From a virus (taxonomy: Duplodnaviria > Caudoviricetes), in the IMG/VR virus record IMGVR_UViG_3300043661_000028, positions 1 through 59,944 of that record: 59,944 bases of DNA. The stretch is one strand, 5' to 3'. The notes beneath the pieces were generated by a model, which had not been told where the DNA came from, ran no database searches, and saw only the letters and a list, made by a program, of their open reading frames with translations. The position numbers and the translations under genes were made by a program. Numbering within the stretch: the first letter of the stretch is position 1; the number at the start of each line of letters is the position of its first letter. Positions 52,670 to 59,944 of the stretch are shown here, one piece after another.

Positions 52670-55600
52670 ATGTCCACCTTCCCCGGGGCACCTCCGAACC
52701 CGCTCGGGTTCAAGGCCGAGCTCCTCCTCGCCGGAAGCTGGACATTAGCCCGCTGACGTCACCGCGTTCGTGATGCTGCGCGACCGGGTGCAGATCACCG
52801 GCATGGGCCGCCCGGACGAATCGAACGGGATCTCCGCCAGCCAGCTCACCCTGACCCTGAAGAACGACGGCCGGTTCACCCCGAAGAACGCCAGCGCGCC
52901 AGCCCCGTACCTGAATAATATCCTGCGGAACACCCAGATCCGGGTGAGCGTCAACGCGACGTCCGCGACGGGCGTCGCCTACAGCCAGTACAGGTTCTTC
53001 GGCGAGATCAGCAGCTGGCCGCCCGCCACCGACATCAGCGGCCGCGACACCTACGTCTCCATCACCGCGGCGGGTATCTGGCAGCGCATCGTCCAGTCCT
53101 CGGCGACCATCGGCAGTCCCTACAGCCGGTATGCCGGGCAGCAGACCGGGGTCAATGTCCCCGCGTCGTACTGGGCGATGGAGGACGGCTCCGGCTCCAC
53201 GGTCCTGGTGACGGACGTGGGCGCGGGTGCGGCAGCGACGTTCACCGGCGTCCCGTCGTTCGCCGCGGACGGGACCAGCTTCGCCGGGTCCGACGCGCTG
53301 ATGCAGTTCGCCGGCGCCAGGGTCACCGCGAATGTCACGTCGGCCGCGACGCCCACGAACACGGTGGTGAGGTTCGCGCTGTCGGTCCCGGCGGCGGGTG
53401 ACAGCGAGGCCTCGACATTCGCCGGCGGCGCTGAGGTCGCGAAGATCTTCAGCCCGTCCGCGACGATCAAGCGGGTGGACGTGTCGCTGGTCGCCAGCCA
53501 GCTGCAGATCCACGGGTACACCTCGACGGCGGGCGGCGCCGCGGCGTTCTCCGGCACGATCACCACGAAGGTCAACGGCGTCCCGGTCCTGGTCAGCGTG
53601 GAGCTCACCCCGTCCGGGTCCTCCGTCAACTGGGCGCTGCGGATCATCAAGCCCGGCGCGGCGGCGGCGCTGGACCAGGTGACCGGCACCCGCGCGTCGT
53701 CGACGCTCGCGGCGGTCACGCAGGTGTTTCTGGACGGCCAGGGCAGGCTGGCCGACACCTCCGGCGGGCATCTCGGCGTGTTCTACGCGGTGCCGTCCCT
53801 GGTCACCGCGGCGGCGGCGCTCGGCGGGTTCGCGGGGGAATTCGCGGTCGACCGGTTCAACCGGCTGTGCGGCGAGTTCGGGATCGCCACTACGGTCATC
53901 GGGTCCACGTCGGCGGCGATGGGCCCGCAGGCCGACGACACCCTCGCGAACATCCTGCAGTCCATCGAGGACACCGACGGCGGCCTGCTGTACGAGACCC
54001 GCGACCAGTTCGGCCTCGGCTACCGCACCCTGATCAGCCTGCAGAACCAGTCGGTCGCGGTGACGCTGAACTACACGGCGGGGGTCCTCGGCGCACCGCC
54101 GGCGCCCACCTATGACCTCCAGCTGGTCAAGAACTCCTGGGCCGTCACCAACACCGACGGGTACGTCGCGCAGGCGACGCTGACATCGGGGGCGGTCTCC
54201 GTCCAGCAGACCCCCAACGGCGTCGGGGTGTACGCCGGGACGGCGAACTGCAACGCCAGCACCCACGCGCAGGTCAACGCGATCGCGCAGCAGCGGCTGT
54301 TCACCGGGACCGTCGATGACGTGCGGTATCCGACGGTCACGATGAACATGGCCCGGGCGCAGGCCGCGCCGCTGTTCGCGTCGGTGCCGGGCCTGCGGAT
54401 CGGCGACTACATGCAGGTCACGACCCTGCCCGCGACGGTAGGGGGGAGCTCGACCAGCAAGCAGCTGGCGTGGGGGTACGCCGAGACGATCAGCCACAAC
54501 TCGTGGACGATCGTGTTCAACGCGGTCCCCGAATCACCGTTCGAAACCGGCTATAGCCCCGGGGTGTTCTCCGTCGTGCAGGCGGCCACGCAGGGCGTCG
54601 CCGCCGGGTCCGCGGTGGGCTCCACGGTGTCCGGGTCGCAGATCGCGGCGGGCGCGGTCGGCGGCGCCGCGATATCGAACGTGATCAGCGCCCGGTCGGT
54701 CGGCGGGGTCACCTCGTTCATCGCCGCCAGCACGCCGTTCGACTGGTCGTTCGCCGTATCCGGCACCCCGACCGACGACACGTTCTTCATCTGCACCGAG
54801 GACCAGGCGCTGCCGATCGCGGTCGGTGACACGTTCACGAACTCCGGCGGCCTCGGCGGCCCGTTCACCGTCACGTCACTGGACCCGCCGTCCGGCGGGA
54901 ACGTCAGCATCCACTACACGCCGGATGCGTCCGGCGTGATGAGCTCCGGCACCGTGTCCGGCGGGAAGAACGGCGACACCTGGGTCAACACCAGCGCCGG
55001 CAACCAGGTCAACCAGTGGGCGAACGGGGCGTGGGTACCGGTCCAGTTCGGGCCCAGCGCGACCGGGAACACCGGCGCCGTCCAGAACGACAACCCGTAC
55101 TTCGCCGCCGGGGACCCCACCGGCTGGTCCGGGTTCAACGGGTCGTTCGCGGTCACCGCCTCCCCGCCCGCGGGCGCCTCCTACCCGTACGCCGGGGTGT
55201 ACGTCAACAACGGGGTCACGGCCGGCGCGATGGAGGAAGGCGACACCAACGGCAGCGGGTTCGCCGTGACCCCGCTTACCCAGATCAGCATCAGCGGCTG
55301 GTTCCGGTCCACCTCCACGACCATCCAGATCGGGTTCGACTACGCCAACGCCGCCTTCGGGTTCGTCGCCGGGCCCACGAACCAGAACTTCACCGTCACC
55401 GCGAACACCTGGACTCAGCTGACCGCGGTGCAGACGGTGCCCGCGACCGCCGCGTGGGCGCGGCCCCGGATCGGGTGCTCCACTGCCAACGGCAGTACCA
55501 CGTACGCGCAGGCTGTCGTGTGCTCGCAGCAGGTCCCCGGGACGCTGATCCAGGCCGGGACCGTCACCGCGGCGCAGATCCTCGCCGGGACGATCACCGC

Positions 55601-56468
55601 CGGCCTGCTGGCAGCCGGAGCAGTCATCGCCGGGAAGATCGCAGCGGGAGCCATCGACGGCATGACGATCACCGGCGCGAACATCATCGCGGACGGTAAC
55701 GCCGACCAGCTGCTCATTTACTCGGGCGCCCCGTCCAGCAGCAACCTGATCGCGAACATATCCGGCGCGGCCGGCACCGACGGATTCGGTACCGCCATCG
55801 CCGCAGGCGTCGAGATCCAGCAGGGCGGCCTGGTCCTGGATGATCAGGCGGGGGCACCGACTGCCGTATCTGGCGCCAGCGTGCTGTATTCCAGTATTGC
55901 CGGGCGGCCTCGGTACCTAAGCGGCGCAGGAGCAGACGATATCCTGGAACGCGGATCGATCAACGTCGCAACGTTCCCTGTCGGCAACACCGTAACCCCA
56001 ACCATTATTTCTGCCCCAATCGCGTATCTTGCAGGTGAGGGTAGCCAGTCAAGCTCTTTCGAGCTTGAGTTCTGGGGAAATCTCTCCATGGGTGCGACGG
56101 TTGAGACCCCCGGTTTCTGGTTGTACATCGACGGAGCCGCACCTAGCGGTAACTCGGTTGTTAGCTTCGGCGGAGCCTCGCTTATCGCTAGTAACGGCTA
56201 TGACTATCACGTCAAGATGCTCGTTGCAATCTCAGGCGGTGGCGCTAGCGGCCACATCTCTATCGTCGGGCACGGGACGCTTTCCGCCCATAATGCAAAT
56301 GAGCAGTACACCGGCACGGGCGGTATCAACTTGTGCGGAGCCAGTCAGGTTACGGGCCTCGCCTTTGACACGACGGCTAACCATACGATCCAGGCATATC
56401 TTGTCTGGGGCGGTGCGGGCGGCCAGAACGCGAACACTTATGTCACCAAGATCGTCAGATATAGTTAA
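52670..56468 (+). CDS. Large minor tail / baseplate-fibre protein; frameshift near the 5' end (main ORF 52770..56468)
   Basis: MSTFPG...GSWT then out-of-frame DVTAFVMLRD; LTLKNDGRFTPKN; YWAMED; CBM-like NPYF..W; TITAG repeats. Confidence 0.8.
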
Positions 56469-56479
56469 GGGGGAATACA

Positions 56480-56827
56480 ATGGCAGGGTCCGTTATAGGC
56501 AGTGATCAGGTCAACAATGTCATTACCAGCCTCGCCGTGAACCTCCGCAACATCATGCAGCAGATCTCCAACCTGAACAAGTCCGTCAACGGGCAGGCTG
56601 CCGGGCTCGCCTACCTGGTGTCCATCGGGTACAGCAACACGATCGCTACATCGAGCCCGAACAACCCGGTAATCAACGGCACGATGATCACCGATGCTCA
56701 GTACGCGCTGAACATGATCGGCTACCTAAACACGGTCGCTGCCGTCTACTTCGGCACGGCCCCCCAGACCCCGGCGTTCTCTTTCGATGAGGAACTCTCG
56801 CAGGTATGGGCTGGGCAAATCGGCTAG
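56480..56827 (+). CDS. Small tail-associated protein
   Basis: SD AAGGGGG; directly after the tail protein. Confidence 0.6.
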   Translation: MAGSVIGSDQVNNVITSLAVNLRNIMQQISNLNKSVNGQAAGLAYLVSIGYSNTIATSSPNNPVINGTMITDAQYALNMIGYLNTVAAVYFGTAPQTPAFSFDEELSQVWAGQIG

Positions 56828-56863
56828 CCCGTGACCCTTTGACGCCCCCGGGGGGAGGTAGAC

Positions 56864-57508
56864 GTGGCCGCTGGCGACCCTGGCGGGGCAGCGCCGGGCG
56901 CCAGCCCCGGGCCCGGCGTGGACCGTTTCGGGACACCGGTCATCGACCCGACCCAGAACGTCCTGGACCTGGTCAACGCCGCGATCAAACGGCAGGACGA
57001 CCTCCGCGAGATGCAATCCGCGCATGTCACCCAGCTCGGCCAGCTGCGCGAGGACCACGCGAGGTACATCACCGAGCTGCGGGCGCAGTACGGGACGGAG
57101 CTGCGCCAGGCCGAGACCGCCAGGATCGACGCCATCCGGGCCGTCGACGTCGGCGCGGTCAACCGGGCCGCCGAGGTGTCCGCCACCCAGGCGGCAACCC
57201 TGGCCACCCAGGTAGCCACGTCCGCCGAGGCCCTGCGAGGCCAGGTCGAGGCGGCACGCCAGCAGACCGCCACCGCCCTGGCCGCCGCCCTGGAACCCAT
57301 CCAGAAAGACATCCAGGACCTCCGCCGCGCCCAGTACGAGGCGCAGGGCCAGAAAACCCAGGTCGTGGAGACATCCGCCACCACCCGGGACGACGTGTCC
57401 ATCGAGGCGGCACGCATCCAGGCGGCGGCGCAGCGGACCCAGGTGTACGCCCTGATCATCGCGGCGCTCGTCCTCGCAGTCGGGCTCTACGCCGCCTTCC
57501 ACAAGTAG
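56864..57508 (+). CDS. Coiled-coil protein with C-terminal TM (lysis region)
   Basis: DPTQNVLDLVNAAIKRQDDLR; C-terminal hydrophobic helix. Confidence 0.65.
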   Translation: MAAGDPGGAAPGASPGPGVDRFGTPVIDPTQNVLDLVNAAIKRQDDLREMQSAHVTQLGQLREDHARYITELRAQYGTELRQAETARIDAIRAVDVGAVNRAAEVSATQAATLATQVATSAEALRGQVEAARQQTATALAAALEPIQKDIQDLRRAQYEAQGQKTQVVETSATTRDDVSIEAARIQAAAQRTQVYALIIAALVLAVGLYAAFHK

Positions 57509-57520
57509 CAGGAGACCAGC

Positions 57521-57844
57521 ATGGCCGGACCGGTCGAACGGAAAGTCCAGGCGTCCACGGCCGCCGCCGCCGCGGCCGGGCTCGCCCTGTGGGCGCTCGG
57601 CCACTACGTGTTCAGGTCCGGCGTCCCCGACGTGGTCGCCTCCTGGATCTACGTCCTCGTGCCTGGCGCGCTCACGTTCGGCGCGGGCTACCTCGCGAAG
57701 CACACGGACCGGCTGATAGCCACGGTCACCGTGCCGGGGCGCCGCGTGACCGCTGCGGACTTCCCTGGCCTGCCGCCAGGACCCGCACCAGGCGCCACGC
57801 CGCCGCCGCAGAAGACACTGCTGCCTCCCGCCGCACCGGAGTGA
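57521..57844 (+). CDS. Holin
   Basis: VERKVQAST...two TMs...TFGAGYLAKHT actinophage holin pattern. Confidence 0.75.
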   Translation: MAGPVERKVQASTAAAAAAGLALWALGHYVFRSGVPDVVASWIYVLVPGALTFGAGYLAKHTDRLIATVTVPGRRVTAADFPGLPPGPAPGATPPPQKTLLPPAAPE

Positions 57845-57865
57845 CCCGCAGCCGGGAGCCGGGCG

Positions 57866-58033
57866 CTAGGTTCCTGTCGTCTCAGTCCTGGCGTGATGGT
57901 CGAGCCATGCCCTCACAGCGTCGGCGATGACACGGCGGACGGGCTGGCCGGTGGCGCTGGCATAGTCCTCAAGGCGCTGCCGCTCGGCCCCTAGTCGCAG
58001 GCTGAGGGGCTTCTCCCGGTGGCGGTCAGGCAT
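57866..58033 (-). CDS. Ribbon-helix-helix protein
   Basis: KPLSLRLGAERQRLEDYASATGQPVRRVIADAVRAWL; TGATG overlap. Confidence 0.7.
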   Translation of the reverse strand: MPDRHREKPLSLRLGAERQRLEDYASATGQPVRRVIADAVRAWLDHHARTETTGT

Positions 58034-58839
58034 CAGATGCTTTCTCCCAGCCAGTCCCGGTCCGCCATGGTCTCGTTGTAAGCGGCCACTGCGCCGAGGA
58101 CTTGCTCGCGGACTTCGGCCCACAGGGCGATCGTGAGGGTGCCGCCGTCCTCGCTGCAGAAGGCTGCCAGGGCGACGGGCGTGACGTCCTGGAGCCATTC
58201 CACCCACGCGCCGAAACCGTCCGCGGTCGTGCGCATCGCGGCGGCCCGCACCGTCCCGGGGGGCACCTGACCTTCGCTGACCGTGATCGCGCCGAGGGCG
58301 GCGCGGGTGATCAGGCAGCGGCTGGCCGACGTCATTGTCCGGCTGCGCGGTACTTCCGTGTCGGCGGCCGGCGCCAGCTTGTATAGCCCGGCTTCGCGGC
58401 CGATTCCGCGCAGCAGGTCTTGCAGGGCTTCGCTGACCTTGCGAGCATCTTCGTGGCTGAGGACCGGGCCGGGCTCGCCTGCGGGGTGGGTGCCAGAGCC
58501 GTAGGTGACGCCTTCCTCCAGCTCCACCAGTGCCTCGTCTGCCTCGCGGCTGCGCTCGGCGCTGATGCCGGTACCGAAGGACGGCTCCAGGGGGTAGCTT
58601 GTGCCGTCGAGCCATATCAGGTGGCCGTAGCCTTCCTCTCCGAGCTGGACATGGCCGTTCGCGTCCTCAGGCTGCCGGGCGAGTGCCTTGACGGCCTCGG
58701 CGTCCAGTGCCGCGACACCGTCGCCCAGGTCCATGATCCGCAGGCCGCCCAGAGCGGTCCCGCTCTGCTCCAGGTACTTCGCGGACTCGGGTCCGGTGGT
58801 GACGGTGTAGTCGGTCCAGCCGGGCAGTTCGGTGGCCAT
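58033..58839 (-). CDS. Hypothetical acidic protein (268 aa)
   Basis: SD GGGAGG, ATG 58839. Confidence 0.65.
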   Translation of the reverse strand: MATELPGWTDYTVTTGPESAKYLEQSGTALGGLRIMDLGDGVAALDAEAVKALARQPEDANGHVQLGEEGYGHLIWLDGTSYPLEPSFGTGISAERSREADEALVELEEGVTYGSGTHPAGEPGPVLSHEDARKVSEALQDLLRGIGREAGLYKLAPAADTEVPRSRTMTSASRCLITRAALGAITVSEGQVPPGTVRAAAMRTTADGFGAWVEWLQDVTPVALAAFCSEDGGTLTIALWAEVREQVLGAVAAYNETMADRDWLGESI

Positions 58840-58857
58840 CTCAGTTCCTCCCGTTTG

Positions 58858-58898
58858 GTGGTAGCTCCACTCTATGTGTGGTAGCTCCACAAAGTCAA
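58858..58898 (-). promoter_or_regulatory. Promoter with two 13-bp operator repeats
   Basis: Minus strand TTGACT-18 bp-TAGAGT; GTGGTAGCTCCAC at 58858 and 58878. Confidence 0.7.
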
Positions 58899-58916
58899 GC
58901 CGCTAGGAGGCACCCA

Positions 58917-59864
58917 TTGATCGTCGACTACTCGGCCATCCGGCCGCCCGCCGCCGTCCTGAAAGCAGCTGGGGTCACCGCCGCCGGCCGCTACATCGGG
59001 TGGGACTCAGTCCCCGGCTTCGCCTCGATCGGCAAGAACATCACCAGGGCCGAGGCTGATGCCCTGACCGGTGCCGGGATCGCCGTGTTCCTCGCGTTCG
59101 AGTACGCAGCCGACGCGGTCACCAAGGGAGCCGCGCAGGGCCGCGCGGACGGCCGCCTGGCCATCACCCAGCTGGCCGCCCTCGGCGCCCCCGCCGGCAT
59201 GACCGTCTACTTCGCCGTCGACTTCGACATACCCGACTACGCGCCGCGCCTCCCCGACACTCCCCCGAACGCCGCCGCGAAACTCGGCCCAGCCGCGGAC
59301 TACTTCCGCGCCATCACCACGCTCGGGGGCCGCACCTGCCGGGTCGGCATCTACGGCGGCTACTACGCCTGCAAGCGGACCCTGGACGCCGGGCTGGCCG
59401 TCATGGCGTGGCAGACCGTCGCGTGGTCCGGGGGGCAGCGCGACCCGCGGGCCGTGCTCTACCAGCTCGCCGGGTCCGCCCCCCTCGCGGGCGCCGACGT
59501 CAACATCCACGAGAGCACCGCGCCGGACTTCGGCCAGTGGCCGCGCCCCAAGGGCGCCCAGCCGGACGGCCCGGCCCGGCCCGTCACCGAGGAGGACACC
59601 ATGATCATGCTCGACCTGCCCGCCAGCGGCCCCGCCGCCGTGCTGCCCGTACCCGCCGGGGCAAAGACGCTGACGCTGTACGCCGACCCCGGCTACAAGG
59701 GCCTCACGCCGCCGGAGCTGCGGGTCATCTTCCACGGCCAGGGCGCCCGCACCGTCACCCCCGGCTGGGACTCCCCTGCCGCGCTGGCCGCCCCGGCCGG
59801 GTCGCGGGTGTCGATCGCCCGGCTCGACACCGGGAACGTGCCCGTCACCGCCGCCTGGTCGTGA
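58917..59864 (+). CDS. Endolysin, DUF1906 / Rv2525c-like glycoside hydrolase
   Basis: SD AGGAGG, TTG start; VDYS...LKAAG...RYI...VYFAVDFD...GIYGG...WQTVAWSGG. Confidence 0.85.
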   Translation: MIVDYSAIRPPAAVLKAAGVTAAGRYIGWDSVPGFASIGKNITRAEADALTGAGIAVFLAFEYAADAVTKGAAQGRADGRLAITQLAALGAPAGMTVYFAVDFDIPDYAPRLPDTPPNAAAKLGPAADYFRAITTLGGRTCRVGIYGGYYACKRTLDAGLAVMAWQTVAWSGGQRDPRAVLYQLAGSAPLAGADVNIHESTAPDFGQWPRPKGAQPDGPARPVTEEDTMIMLDLPASGPAAVLPVPAGAKTLTLYADPGYKGLTPPELRVIFHGQGARTVTPGWDSPAALAAPAGSRVSIARLDTGNVPVTAAWS

Positions 59865-59944
59865 CAGTTACCACCGCCGGGCGCCGGGTCGGCTCGATCG
59901 GCGCCATCGAGCGGCCCGGTGACTACTTCGGCCCGGCCAAGGGC

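Larger units (their letters stand above)
1..59944. mobile_element. Actinobacterial temperate siphophage (prophage or phage-plasmid), partial at both ends
   Basis: Canonical order of terminase, portal, protease, HK97 capsid, tail, tape measure, holin and endolysin; cro/repressor switch; dense small overlapping genes; WhiB; very high GC. Confidence 0.95.

Noticed and set aside
55845-56468. Diversity-generating retroelement target in the tail protein
   Set aside because: No reverse transcriptase and no template repeat in the window; the change is broad codon usage, not adenine-specific variation

Overview
The whole window is a high-GC actinobacterial temperate siphophage (prophage or phage-plasmid), cut off at both ends. 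From left to right it contains: (1) a leftward early operon (1-6.0 kb) with a QL-repeat protein, an SSAP/recombinase-like protein and a Cro-like HTH; (2) a divergent repressor-like gene and a ParB-like gene; (3) an XRE/DUF5753-DUF6879 cassette; (4) a rightward block (10.9-20.6 kb) that looks like an actinomycete conjugative-transfer module (BldC-like, WhiB, two secreted cell-wall hydrolases each coupled to a paralogous Zn-finger gene, FtsK/TraB translocase, clt-like repeats, DUF2637/SpdA); (5) small middle genes; (6) a full HK97-type late region (HNH, TerS, split TerL, portal, protease, capsid, beta-helix spike, methyltransferase plus glycosyltransferase, tail, tape measure, holin, DUF1906 endolysin). 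The main hidden features are a 273-nt group I intron interrupting the major capsid gene, the TraB transfer module inside a phage, two candidate cis-antisense sRNA / duplicated-RBS switches, a split TerL, recoded low-GC3 tracts, and several small inserted genes that left duplicated scars. No integrase, replication initiator, tRNA, CRISPR array or reverse transcriptase was recognised. All family assignments come from motif recognition by eye, not database searches.
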